Source: a virus
Taxonomy: Duplodnaviria; Caudoviricetes
IMG/VR virus record: IMGVR_UViG_3300020577_001726
Location: 7,251-71,250 of that record
Length of the DNA: 64,000 nt
Strand: one strand, 5' to 3'
Under the pieces are notes generated by a model. It saw only the letters and a program-made list of their open reading frames with translations, was not told the origin of the DNA and did not search any database. Positions 53,833 to 62,752 of the stretch are shown here, one piece after another; position 1 is the first letter of the stretch, and each line of letters opens with the position of its first letter. Both the position numbers and the translations under genes were made by a program.

Positions 53833-54076
53833 TCTCGCTCCTTTTGATTAGATCCTTCTCTTCGGCATCCCAAACTACACCGAGACGTTTAGCTGCGGCC
53901 TTTAAAGACAAAATAGCAGGTTCAAGGCCTGTATTGCCCTCGCCAGATAGCTTTCTAGCAGTATGTAGTTTGAGGATACGTCTGACAACACGTACCAACT
54001 GAGGAGCGTCGAGGCTGTGAGCCTTAGGAGGATTACGTACGATGCGACGGATTACAGTATCCAGCGGCAGTGTCAT
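53825..54076 (-). CDS. Hypothetical protein
   Basis: 83 aa, coupled to neighbours. Confidence 0.5.
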   Translation of the reverse strand: MTLPLDTVIRRIVRNPPKAHSLDAPQLVRVVRRILKLHTARKLSGEGNTGLEPAILSLKAAAKRLGVVWDAEEKDLIKRSENE

Positions 54077-54378
54077 TTCTCAAATTCCTTGCGCACAAGC
54101 AGAGCAAGCGCGGCTTGATGATAAACTGAGCCAGTAGCTGCTTGTTCTTTTATGAATTCTGTCACTTGATCCGAGGTAGTGAAGCGATCAAACCAAGGAT
54201 TAGGAGTGTATTTGCTTATGTATAGACTACCCGGACCTCTATACCCTTCAGTGTCAGGGGGCTTAAGGGGGTAGAAGCCTATAGGAAATTTTTTCTCGTT
54301 TCCATCTTTCCACTTACAGAACCAACCCTCTTCCAACCTCTGCTTCCTAGCTTCGTGGGATGTGAAGTCGTAGTTCAT
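54073..54378 (-). CDS. Hypothetical protein, GW...G..YHQ family member
   Basis: EEGW...FTTSDQVTEFIKEQAATGSVYHQAALALL. Confidence 0.6.
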   Translation of the reverse strand: MNYDFTSHEARKQRLEEGWFCKWKDGNEKKFPIGFYPLKPPDTEGYRGPGSLYISKYTPNPWFDRFTTSDQVTEFIKEQAATGSVYHQAALALLVRKEFEK

Positions 54379-54722
54379 TTCTGAAATTTCCTACGCATGA
54401 GGATTGCAATTATTCCTTGGTGGTACCGGGAGCCTTCGTTGGCACGTTGTTGTACGTATGCAGAGGCCTCATCATCACTCTTAAATACATTCTGTCGGAA
54501 AGGGATATGTGCGAAGCGACTAGTGATACAGGTATTAGATACTATCGCAGCTATTCCGTAATCCATTACCATCCAACCTTCAAGGAAGCGGTGTCTTACT
54601 TGGTGCTCATGAGCGAGGACTATAACTTCCCCGTCTGGATATCTGACATAACGTCTTGTAACCTCTGTGGGTCTATTGTCCACGGGGTCGGGAGTACTCT
54701 GATTGTCTTCCCGTTGATCCAT
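54375..54722 (-). CDS. Hypothetical protein, GW...G..YHQ family member
   Basis: LEGW...FKSDDEASAYVQQRANEGSRYHQGIIAIL; start overlaps the primase gene. Confidence 0.55.
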   Translation of the reverse strand: MDQREDNQSTPDPVDNRPTEVTRRYVRYPDGEVIVLAHEHQVRHRFLEGWMVMDYGIAAIVSNTCITSRFAHIPFRQNVFKSDDEASAYVQQRANEGSRYHQGIIAILMRRKFQK

Positions 54723-56947
54723 TGCGGTACTAACTCCATGTCATGATGTTTTATGTACGCCCCGAATTTGACGGGCGAAGACGGTACACTGTCAAGAAGC
54801 CAAGATAGGATGACTTGTAAATCAGCACGTGATAAGTACGGCCTTTGTGTTTGAACAAGCTCGACAATAAGATCACGGTATGACTGAGCCGCGTACTTCT
54901 TAACCCCGGCGTCATCTGGGTCTGAGATCCACTCAATGAAGTAGTCAAGATTGCCTTTCTTTAGGTGCATGCTTATTTCGTCAATAGCTGTCTGACCGAT
55001 AGCTTGCAGGAGTCGACGAGGCGCATTGTCGAGGGGGAGACGGGCTTTAGCCACGTCTGCATTTCTAGTTCTAAGATAATGCGCGAAGGCTTCAACCTCG
55101 GACGGGATGAGGACATCAATCTGGTGGTCTGAAAGTAATGTGGTGATCTTATCACGCTGATAACCACCAACATTGTACCGTCTATCATCCATGTCAATCT
55201 GAGCACCTTGCATTTTATTAGTTGAGAAAATGAGGTTTGCATAGTTCCTGACTTCCACAGCCTCATGGTACATAGGGCGGATTGAGATGGTGGGCTCTAC
55301 AATGATGTTCTTAAGCCGGGAGGTTACCTTCTTGAAGTACTCGCCTTGACCGACTTCCATTTCATCAATGTAGACAATAAACTTGTTTCGGAAATAGCTA
55401 GTGAAGTCGCTGCCAATTTCCTCTCCTCTCTTCGATACAATATTAGCTGCTCCGAAAATAGGAGTAAGGACTTTGTGGAAAAACATGCCTTTACCCGTGC
55501 CTTGAATCCCCTGTATAACCCAGCATGTGCCTGTACGATCAAGTTTCTGAACAACGACGGCGAGCCAGTTGTAAAAATGCTCAACTGTCGCAGCGTCACC
55601 GCCGAGGAAGTGCTGTACCATCTTGTCAATTGTTGGCGGCGGAGCTTGTAACGTTTTCGCTGGGCACGCCAGCAACTCCGAAGCACGATAAGTGTTGATG
55701 GTTCGTCTTTGGGCGTCCAGTATTGTCCCACTGTGGGGATCAAACTCAAGAACCCAGTCAGGAATATAGTCGCCAAGTGGTTGCCCATGTTGCTTCATGT
55801 AATCATGAAGCTGGTCCTTAGAATTAGCCTTGAAGATGTCCAGCACATTGTTCGTCGTATCGTATGTACCGTTCCAGTACGCTGCGGTATGTAAGTCCCT
55901 AAATACAAGGTAAATTTTACCGGTAGTGTCTGGCTTGTAATCTTTTACCCTCTGCGTGATCGATGCCCAATATTGAGGAAGCAGCTCAGCAGTGCGGTAC
56001 GTAGGCTCTCCTTTGAAATTGTAAATGAAACTGGGGTTGTCTTCCGGGTGGTAATATGCCCATGAATCACCACCATTGAGGTTGAAATAGCAAAACCCTC
56101 TTTCAATCTTCGTTCCAGTGATTGTTGCAGTATCTGGCTTTTCAAGATACTCTGTCTCACCCGCAAACTTGTACCGAGAAGCTTTGCGCTCGGTGTAGCC
56201 AGCAGTTTTGCGTAGTTCATTGACTTTGGCATCAATCTTGTCCCTTAACATCGTCGCAGACGGAATATTTTCTGGCAGCGTACCGTAGCGCTTCCCCCGC
56301 GTTTCACAACTAATTCTGGGCTTAGTCGCAAAAGGATCATGAATGTCCGATGCGAGCTTCGGCGGTGCCACGTATATAAGTTTATCGTTCTGGCATGTCG
56401 TGACATCTAGTGGCCATGTGACTGAGTTGTACGTCTTCGTGAGCTTCATGGAATTCAGAAGCACAGGAGATGTGAGGTTTAGATGTTGAAGCCATTGCTT
56501 GAGAAGCGCGGGATTCGTGGGCCTGTCAAGCAACATGAATATGTGGCATCGAAAACCTGCATGGTTCTCAATGCCCATGGAACTAGACCACTGTAGTACG
56601 TAGTCGACGTCTCCTAGACCTATCCCTTGGAGGAAGAGGTCTATAGATTGAACACCTTCGACTCCATCCAGATCAAGACAGATCCATTCAGTCGGTACGT
56701 CACTACTTGTAGCCCCTGCTCTGCTTTCCGCCACGAGAGGCCGGGATAATATTCCCTTGAGTAGACATGCTTTAGACTGTGCCACAGTGGAGACTGTGGT
56801 GTGCAGTCCTTGTATATCCACAACCTCGTAGGCTGTGCTCGTGAACTCATATACGAAGGGGTATGAAGTCTTTTCAATTTCCCCATTAGCATTTAGTTTG
56901 TACTCTTTAATGATGGGGATTGTGCTTTGAAGGCCGTAGATTATCAT
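54620..56947 (-). CDS. Primase-helicase (AEP-like N-terminus plus SF3 helicase)
   Basis: WICLDLDG, SSS and CHIF (DxD/H primase pattern); Walker A GIQGTGKG, IDEM, IFSTN and DDRRY. Confidence 0.8.
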   Translation of the reverse strand: MIIYGLQSTIPIIKEYKLNANGEIEKTSYPFVYEFTSTAYEVVDIQGLHTTVSTVAQSKACLLKGILSRPLVAESRAGATSSDVPTEWICLDLDGVEGVQSIDLFLQGIGLGDVDYVLQWSSSMGIENHAGFRCHIFMLLDRPTNPALLKQWLQHLNLTSPVLLNSMKLTKTYNSVTWPLDVTTCQNDKLIYVAPPKLASDIHDPFATKPRISCETRGKRYGTLPENIPSATMLRDKIDAKVNELRKTAGYTERKASRYKFAGETEYLEKPDTATITGTKIERGFCYFNLNGGDSWAYYHPEDNPSFIYNFKGEPTYRTAELLPQYWASITQRVKDYKPDTTGKIYLVFRDLHTAAYWNGTYDTTNNVLDIFKANSKDQLHDYMKQHGQPLGDYIPDWVLEFDPHSGTILDAQRRTINTYRASELLACPAKTLQAPPPTIDKMVQHFLGGDAATVEHFYNWLAVVVQKLDRTGTCWVIQGIQGTGKGMFFHKVLTPIFGAANIVSKRGEEIGSDFTSYFRNKFIVYIDEMEVGQGEYFKKVTSRLKNIIVEPTISIRPMYHEAVEVRNYANLIFSTNKMQGAQIDMDDRRYNVGGYQRDKITTLLSDHQIDVLIPSEVEAFAHYLRTRNADVAKARLPLDNAPRRLLQAIGQTAIDEISMHLKKGNLDYFIEWISDPDDAGVKKYAAQSYRDLIVELVQTQRPYLSRADLQVILSWLLDSVPSSPVKFGAYIKHHDMELVPQWINGKTIRVLPTPWTIDPQRLQDVMSDIQTGKL

Positions 56948-56992
56948 TCTTACTCCATCTTTGTTGTAACGGCCGGTGCGGAGTATATCACA

Positions 56993-57292
56993 TTACATCT
57001 GATCGATGTTGACGTGTTCCCCACCCATCTTGATGATTACGTCCTTCAGCGTCTGCCTGTCACCGGTCTTAGTAGCGATGTATGCCATCATCATACCGAT
57101 GAGGACACCGCCGCTAAGCGGATCGGATAACAGGATGGCCATTGGCGAAGATTTGAAATACTTCGGCAAGGCCTCTGTTAACATTGCTTTGAACGCTGGC
57201 AGATCCATTGGTTCCGGTTCATCCTTCAGTTCATCGAGGTTGAACGAACCAGCGGTCAGGTTCTTGAGGAAATCTTCTGGTGATTGAGCCAT
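56993..57292 (-). CDS. Hypothetical protein
   Basis: 99 aa, TAATG coupled. Confidence 0.55.
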   Translation of the reverse strand: MAQSPEDFLKNLTAGSFNLDELKDEPEPMDLPAFKAMLTEALPKYFKSSPMAILLSDPLSGGVLIGMMMAYIATKTGDRQTLKDVIIKMGGEHVNIDQM

Positions 57293-57684
57293 TATTGCGC
57301 CTTGAAAATTTTGGGGAGGGTCACCTTGTTCGGATTCTCTTGGACGTACACCTTATCCACACGGCGCTGAGCTTCTGCTGCCATATGGATGATGCCTGCA
57401 ATGTGTGGCGGCAAGCCATTGACGGCCTTGTTGAGGGTAGCCACTAGATTCTTGAGGAACTGCTTACGTTTCTTAAAGCGCTCAGCGTCATCCAAGCAGT
57501 TGTCGGCCTCTGTCTTCTGGATCTCCATGTTCTTCATGGTTTCCATCATGTTAGCGCCTGTGAACGCAACACCACCATCAAGGTACGAAGCGTCAGCCTC
57601 ACCACCTACATCACCGGCCTTCTTAACCGTACCGCCTACGACATCGGCTACGAACCCCGAACGGAAATCATCTGCATTGCCCAT
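57292..57684 (-). CDS. Hypothetical protein
   Basis: 130 aa; RBS AGGAG. Confidence 0.6.
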   Translation of the reverse strand: MGNADDFRSGFVADVVGGTVKKAGDVGGEADASYLDGGVAFTGANMMETMKNMEIQKTEADNCLDDAERFKKRKQFLKNLVATLNKAVNGLPPHIAGIIHMAAEAQRRVDKVYVQENPNKVTLPKIFKAQ

Positions 57685-57727
57685 ATAACTCTCCTATCTT
57701 AGTTATGCCCATATAATTCCTGGGTTT

Positions 57728-57769
57728 AAAAAAGTAGTGCGCAGAGCTTACTGCCTCTGCGCACTACTT
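57728..57769 (-). terminator. Rho-independent terminator
   Basis: Perfect 15-bp stem AAGTAGTGCGCAGAG/CTCTGCGCACTACTT followed by a T-run on the - strand. Confidence 0.88.
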
Positions 57770-57793
57770 AATGATTACCGGGACGGCGTAGTG

Positions 57794-58705
57794 TTAAACG
57801 CGAGCCCCTTGGTTTTCGTTCAGGATCCGCTCGGCACCCATGGTCCACGTCTTGACTTCTTCCCAGAGGGCCTTGAGGAGGTAGCACTGTTGCGCCACTT
57901 CCAGCGACCCACCGCGAATCTTGACGCCGTACAACCGCTGGTACTCCTTGTTGATGGTGTCTGCGATCTTCGTACCGATGCGGATCTGCGTGTCCAACGG
58001 CAGCGTTTCGAAGGCTTCGCGACCGCAGGACTTCGTGAACGCTTCGGCGGTCATGACGACTTCCGGAGCCGTGTTGGCCAGATTGCGAGCCAACCGCTCG
58101 CTGTCTTGACGCATCACTTCACGAATGAAATCGACGTCGACGTTGTCTTCCTTCGCCACCCGCTTGGCGCGGTTTTCGTCGATCTGTCCTGCCATCTGAA
58201 TCCGGAAGGCCAGATTGAATTCCAACGACATGGGTTGATCGAAATTGATCTTCCCGTCGGGACGCGGCTTGGGATTACGGTACAACGCCTTTTCGTCGGC
58301 CAGATCGATGACGCTTTCGAACTCCTTGTACAGCGTGTGACGGATGCCGTCGCAGAGTTCTGCGATTTCCAGCGGCGGCGTGGGCACCATGTGACCGGCG
58401 TCCTCTGTCATCTGCTTGCCGAACTCGGCACTGATATGGGCCAGATCCTGAGCGTTGCGCTCGTCCATCGTCGGCTCGCCATTCCTGCTTGCTGCTGCTC
58501 CTGCACCCACGGTCGGAATGTGCAGTTCGTCTAGACCGGAAACGTCGATGCGCCGCTTGTTGCTGATGTGAGCGAGAATGTTCGTTGCGACGGCGCTGGT
58601 GAGTGCGTTGATCGTTGCCTTGTAAAGGAGCTTGAGCTCTTGTTCGGTTTTGCCATCTTTGCCAGTGGTGATAACGGTGTCGAGAAGGTTCGTTGGCTTT
58701 TTCAT
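57794..58705 (-). CDS. Hypothetical early protein (303 aa; frame open to ATG 58870)
   Basis: C/G-ending codons throughout, followed by a strong terminator; no motif recognised. Confidence 0.7.
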   Translation of the reverse strand: MKKPTNLLDTVITTGKDGKTEQELKLLYKATINALTSAVATNILAHISNKRRIDVSGLDELHIPTVGAGAAASRNGEPTMDERNAQDLAHISAEFGKQMTEDAGHMVPTPPLEIAELCDGIRHTLYKEFESVIDLADEKALYRNPKPRPDGKINFDQPMSLEFNLAFRIQMAGQIDENRAKRVAKEDNVDVDFIREVMRQDSERLARNLANTAPEVVMTAEAFTKSCGREAFETLPLDTQIRIGTKIADTINKEYQRLYGVKIRGGSLEVAQQCYLLKALWEEVKTWTMGAERILNENQGARV

Positions 58706-58901
58706 TTTGCGCTTTTCCTTTGAAGTGTAGTCGTTAAGAATGAGTTCTGCTTCATACTCTGTGATTTCCCCAGAGAGCACAGCTTCTTCAAGCTGTTCTA
58801 ACAGTGAATCTACGCCCTGAGGACAGAGCCCTTCCGCTAGACAAGCATTGTCTAACTGCCAATCTTCCATTGGACTTCCCCCCTACTTGCCTGCAGGTAC
58901 G

Positions 58902-59054
58902 TTAATACGGAACTGGTTGTCCTACAGGCAGCGGGGTTGCGTAGCAAGGTCGGAAGAGTAGTGGTTCGATTGCACGGCACGTACGAGAACCGTCTTCCTG
59001 CTGGGTTACTTCAAGGAGTACTCCGGAATACGGTGAAACAATCACGTATTTCAT
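58902..59054 (-). CDS. Small ORF (50 aa; not in ORF track)
   Basis: MKYVIVSPYSGVLLEVTQQEDG...; RBS GAGG. Confidence 0.45.
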   Translation of the reverse strand: MKYVIVSPYSGVLLEVTQQEDGSRTCRAIEPLLFRPCYATPLPVGQPVPY

Positions 59055-59076
59055 GTTAAACCCTCACGTTCTTATT

Positions 59077-59214
59077 CTATGAACTAGCGGAGGATGAATG
59101 AGCCTTGGGACTCGGTAGGTGCAGTGCCACTGCACATCGTAACGGCTGGTCTAGTAGATTAACCGGATTCACCCCAAGGCTTTATGGTCGTTCTCCATGT
59201 TTAGCCGCTCATAG
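59077..59214. ncRNA. Candidate multibranch structured RNA
   Basis: Nested stems CTATG+AGCGG/CCGCT+CATAG, AGCCTTGGG/CCCAAGGCT and GTGCAGT/ACTGCAC in a non-coding gap. Confidence 0.45.
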
Positions 59215-59368
59215 GCATTACTCCCGTTGATTACCAGTTGCCATCTGGCCGGACTACTGCGGCTTGCAGACCCCATCCTGCGCTTGATAGTACTGGGGTA
59301 CAGCTTAATAGTTTGTTTCCTAATTTAGTGCCTAATCTACGGATAGTGCATACGCACTTACTCCTTTC

Positions 59369-59593
59369 TTATTGAGTGATTAAGGTAAGTTGAATTCTCC
59401 TCGCAACATCGAACCCGCACTTCAAGTGCCGGTCGATAATGTGCGGATGAACAAGCGAGTTGGCATTACGCAACAACTCACCTACGCACTGAGGAGAGAG
59501 GTCGTAGCGTTCGACTGAACTCAAACGCACGATAATGGAACCACCAAGAACTTCAGGAGGTTTACTGAAGATCTTTTCGAACTGTACTTCCAT
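59369..59593 (-). CDS. Hypothetical protein
   Basis: ATG 59593 with RBS GAGG. Confidence 0.5.
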   Translation of the reverse strand: MEVQFEKIFSKPPEVLGGSIIVRLSSVERYDLSPQCVGELLRNANSLVHPHIIDRHLKCGFDVARRIQLTLITQ

Positions 59594-59612
59594 TGCCTCG
59601 TAAGGGTCAGGT

Positions 59613-59759
59613 CTAGGCCCAAACACGCTTCACCTCTTTCTTTGCGGGTTGTTGGATAGGAACGTTGTTGGTTTGCAGCTTCGTAGCCATGGTGTGAGTA
59701 CCAACTACGAAGCCGATGATGAAGGCGTTGATGATTGCGAACGTGATAGCTGAGCGCAT
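59613..59759 (-). CDS. Small TM peptide (48 aa; not in ORF track)
   Basis: MRSAITFAIINAFIIGFVVGTHTM... Confidence 0.5.
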   Translation of the reverse strand: MRSAITFAIINAFIIGFVVGTHTMATKLQTNNVPIQQPAKKEVKRVWA

Positions 59760-60238
59760 CGGAAGATCTCCCATCTCGACCAAAGCGGTTCAATTGGCTT
59801 ATACATGGACTGAGCATAATCCACGCAGTTCTTCGTCCCCCCAGTGGATCCATCCCAAAGGGCGAGCAAGATATTGCAATTGTCAACCATCCACTTATTC
59901 CGCTCTTGCATCTTCCAAGCGGAATATCCACCGGGGCATACTACATGGATTTTGCTAGCCTTAGCCAGCAGATTCTTGTAATACAGCCGCGATGCATATG
60001 GCCACGCAGATTCTTGGCCATTGAATGGCACAGCGGCTATGAATGGGATATCAAGTACAACGGCAGCACGTGCAAGTGCTTGATCCCATCCTAACGCCAT
60101 TCCTGAAATGATCTTGGTAGGCGTGGGAAGTACGTTCTTCAGAATCTCTTCAGCAAACATATTGAGAAGATTTACTGCTTCGGGTGTATATCCACCGATT
60201 TTATTCGGTCGATGTCCCGTTCCCGCATAGATCGTCAT
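59705..60238 (-). CDS. YspA-type SLOG (DUF1273-like) protein
   Basis: TGHRP, ISGMALGWDQ, RNKWMVD and WDGSTGGT.NCV.YA; RBS GGAGAGGA. Confidence 0.85.
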   Translation of the reverse strand: MTIYAGTGHRPNKIGGYTPEAVNLLNMFAEEILKNVLPTPTKIISGMALGWDQALARAAVVLDIPFIAAVPFNGQESAWPYASRLYYKNLLAKASKIHVVCPGGYSAWKMQERNKWMVDNCNILLALWDGSTGGTKNCVDYAQSMYKPIEPLWSRWEIFRCAQLSRSQSSTPSSSAS

Positions 60239-60486
60239 CGTCGTCCTCTCCTGTTCCGAATGTGCAACCTTTGTAACGACGCCCTTGGGGAATAGATGCA
60301 GGAACTTCGTACCCAAGAGCATTATGAAGCGTTCTCCAAGCCGGTTGAAGCTGTTCACGGTTGGGAACTTTCTTCTTGTGACTACGCCACTTAGCTGGTT
60401 TTTCTCCTTTGTATGGCATGCTTTCTCCTGTTTGTTAAGCTCCGAATCCCTAGAATCAGAGATCCGGAGCGGAGCGACGTGCGCGT

Positions 60487-60591
60487 TTACGGTTTCATGA
60501 CCACGTATTCAAAACAGGTCTTGATGACCGAGAGCGTGGCAGAGATGAAGCCGAGGATTGCGATCATGATAGCGAGGAGCGCTGGCTTCAT
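60487..60591 (-). CDS. Small TM peptide (34 aa; not in ORF track)
   Basis: MKPALLAIMIAILGFISATLSVIKTCFEYVVMKP; RBS GGAGGAG. Confidence 0.5.
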   Translation of the reverse strand: MKPALLAIMIAILGFISATLSVIKTCFEYVVMKP

Positions 60592-60866
60592 GTGTTCTCC
60601 TCCTCCTCTCCAGCAATCAGAGCATCGACTACTTGTCGAAGAAGCTTGTAGTATTTCAGCTTCCAGTTGATCGCTTCGAACTGCGGTTGAGGCTGTTCTT
60701 CGATGTGATCAGGCAAGTGATCAGCAGCCTCGCGTGCAGCTTTGCGCGCCTTGATGGTGCGCATGAAGTTCTTGCGCTGTGCTGGTGTCCAAGCTTTACT
60801 GCTTTTCTTCGAAGAGGCCACGGTTCCACTCCTTAAATGCTGCGAATTTGGGAAGCTCATTGGCAT
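60588..60866 (-). CDS. Hypothetical protein
   Basis: KAWTPAQRKNF...KARKAAR pattern. Confidence 0.55.
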   Translation of the reverse strand: MPMSFPNSQHLRSGTVASSKKSSKAWTPAQRKNFMRTIKARKAAREAADHLPDHIEEQPQPQFEAINWKLKYYKLLRQVVDALIAGEEEENT

Positions 60867-61011
60867 GGATCGTGATCTCTTTCACGATCTCTGTGCCGTG
60901 GCTGATGACTCCGTCCTCGTTGCGGTACGTGACCTTGCGTACTGCGATTACGACACGTACCGGCTTTTCACCCTCGTAGCTGAGAGTGTTGCTATGCTGT
61001 GACAGGTACAT
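60796..61011 (-). CDS. Hypothetical protein
   Basis: ATG 61011 with RBS AAGGA. Confidence 0.45.
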   Translation of the reverse strand: MYLSQHSNTLSYEGEKPVRVVIAVRKVTYRNEDGVISHGTEIVKEITIHANELPKFAAFKEWNRGLFEEKQ

Positions 61012-61279
61012 CTTTGTCCTTTCGAGTAAGTGCTTGGGGCTTGGGAGGATAGAGCGGATGAAGTTCATTACGCTTTGCGCACCACTCATCGCTGTCAAGC
61101 TTATTTTTACGTTTGTCAGCGAATTGTACAAGGTAATAAAGCGATGTACGTGTTTCACCGTTTTCATGTTCTGTGGTGCGGAGTTCTTCAGGAGCAATTA
61201 CTGTGCAGTAAGCACCTAAATGTTGCAAATCCGCATCAACGACTATGCACACAGTGCCTACTGGTATGGGTTTAGCCAT
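60992..61279 (-). CDS. Hypothetical protein (SH3/KOW-like beta barrel)
   Basis: IPVG.VC.VV....G..C.V...Y.V.F...EL.P pattern. Confidence 0.55.
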   Translation of the reverse strand: MAKPIPVGTVCIVVDADLQHLGAYCTVIAPEELRTTEHENGETRTSLYYLVQFADKRKNKLDSDEWCAKRNELHPLYPPKPQALTRKDKDVPVTA

Positions 61280-61520
61280 GGCGTTGCTCCTTATGGAAGC
61301 GAATGCCAGTGGTAGTACGGGTGTATTGAGCGAGTAGGGCACCGGTACATACGTTCAAGAGCTCGTACGTGGTGCCAACTGCTTGGTATGAGTGGAGGAG
61401 CTTCAATGCTGCGTAATGAGCATTGATGGCTTTGCCGAAGTAGTGCCAACGTACTTCGACGCCGAGCTTCGGGTCCCACAGCCGGTAGGGACGAAGTGTT
61501 TCGGTATTACGTAGTTTCAT
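61272..61520 (-). CDS. Hypothetical protein
   Basis: PYRLWDPK...W.YF...NAH; GALLAQYTR. Confidence 0.55.
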   Translation of the reverse strand: MKLRNTETLRPYRLWDPKLGVEVRWHYFGKAINAHYAALKLLHSYQAVGTTYELLNVCTGALLAQYTRTTTGIRFHKEQRHG

Positions 61521-61556
61521 TGGTTGAACGTATTCCGTTATTAGCGGTCTACGTTA

Positions 61557-61838
61557 TTAACAACGGTTCTTCAGGAAGTAACCATAGTGCGTACCGCTGC
61601 GGTCTTGGTAGCCATACAGGCTGCGACCGAGCATCGTAAAGCCTGAACACATCAGGCCTGCAACCGCAGCTGCCATTACACCACTGAATGTGCCCCAGTG
61701 GAGTATGTACCCAGCAGCTGAGACTGTTAGATCCATCATCAGTGGCATGCCCAGAAGGCGCATACGCCAATGATGTGGTAGTTTGATGAACAGCAACAAC
61801 AGACCGACGAAGATAATGACGCCGGATTCGATGATCAT
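61557..61838 (-). CDS. Multi-TM membrane protein
   Basis: Hydrophobic segments; H.GT.SG.MAA.VAGL motif. Confidence 0.65.
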   Translation of the reverse strand: MIIESGVIIFVGLLLLFIKLPHHWRMRLLGMPLMMDLTVSAAGYILHWGTFSGVMAAAVAGLMCSGFTMLGRSLYGYQDRSGTHYGYFLKNRC

Positions 61839-61840
61839 GG

Positions 61841-62023
61841 TTAGTCTCCATGTTCATAGAAGCGTTGAAACGCCGCTTCGAGGTTTTGTAAGTCAAACTC
61901 AACCTCAAGCGGAATTGGTTGCTGCATATCGACAAAGCGCATTTCCATGCCTGTGTCGATCATCTTTTTGAGCTTGAGTTGCATTGCAGCCATGCTCTCA
62001 AGCATTTGTTGTCCGGTTCTCAT
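61841..62023 (-). CDS. Hypothetical protein
   Basis: 60 aa, ATGA overlap. Confidence 0.5.
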   Translation of the reverse strand: MRTGQQMLESMAAMQLKLKKMIDTGMEMRFVDMQQPIPLEVEFDLQNLEAAFQRFYEHGD

Positions 62024-62199
62024 TGGAGTGTCGGACCTTGTTGCAGATCGATGAATTTCGCGATCAGCGATTGAATGATCTCTCCGTACACACGGATTTC
62101 GTCCGGTGTAGCTTCGCCCGAGATCGTGAGTTCTTCGATTTGAACTTCGTCGTTACCGATCTTGGCGTTGAGGTTCTTGATTGTGAATGAGGTTTTCAT
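62020..62199 (-). CDS. Hypothetical protein
   Basis: ATG 62199 with RBS AAGGAG. Confidence 0.6.
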   Translation of the reverse strand: MKTSFTIKNLNAKIGNDEVQIEELTISGEATPDEIRVYGEIIQSLIAKFIDLQQGPTLQ

Positions 62200-62399
62200 T
62201 TGATTCTCCTTGTGAGTTGTACTACGTTGCATTGCAACACCGGATCCCAATACTGGGCTGCTTTGAGATTGTCAGTCTCGATTAAGACGCGCGCTCCTTG
62301 TGTTTGATTCATCTCGCGTCGTGCTTTGCGAAAGGTTTTACGAATGTCCGTCGCGTGGGACGGCGTGTATTTGAAGCTTGGATCGAGGATGCTTTTCAC
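62196..62399 (-). CDS. Conserved small phage protein
   Basis: GTGA overlap; SILDPSFKYTPS.ATDIRKTF motif. Confidence 0.6.
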   Translation of the reverse strand: MKSILDPSFKYTPSHATDIRKTFRKARREMNQTQGARVLIETDNLKAAQYWDPVLQCNVVQLTRRIK

Positions 62400-62587
62400 T
62401 TGGTCCAAGTCCTTACGAGTTCGATGGTGAAGATGATCGATGCTACGGCTGCGATGCCGTACCATACGAACCACCAGATGCCGTACATGGCGTATGTGGC
62501 GTAGATCATTTGGCATGTGAGATAAATGCCAAATCCTACGTTCATGAGGATGAGGAGCGAGAGTGTAGCAATGTAGATGTTTTTCAT
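62396..62587 (-). CDS. Two-TM membrane peptide
   Basis: MKNIYIATLSLLILMNVGFGIY...; two hydrophobic segments. Confidence 0.55.
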   Translation of the reverse strand: MKNIYIATLSLLILMNVGFGIYLTCQMIYATYAMYGIWWFVWYGIAAVASIIFTIELVRTWTK

Positions 62588-62588
62588 C

Positions 62589-62732
62589 TTAGCACTCCAA
62601 TGCGAGTTCAAGGTACGCGATTGCTGCTGCTTCGTAACGCAGTGCTGCGCGTCCATCGCCGCGCTGGAACGCTTCGTACGCTTGTACTAAGCACTCACGC
62701 ATGTGATGGATGTATAGTTCGTAGGTGGTCAT
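62589..62732 (-). CDS. Small ORF (47 aa; not in ORF track)
   Basis: MTTYELYIHHMRECLVQAYEAFQRGDG...; RBS GGAG. Confidence 0.55.
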   Translation of the reverse strand: MTTYELYIHHMRECLVQAYEAFQRGDGRAALRYEAAAIAYLELALEC

Positions 62733-62752
62733 GATTTACTCCAGTGAACGTA

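Noticed and set aside
57678-57717. 11-bp direct repeat TGCCCATATAA around a start codon
   Set aside because: Single short duplication with no further copies; could be chance or a local duplication.
57737-58534. 265-aa + strand ORF (also 52175-53032)
   Set aside because: Antisense shadows of genes with strong C/G-ending codon bias.
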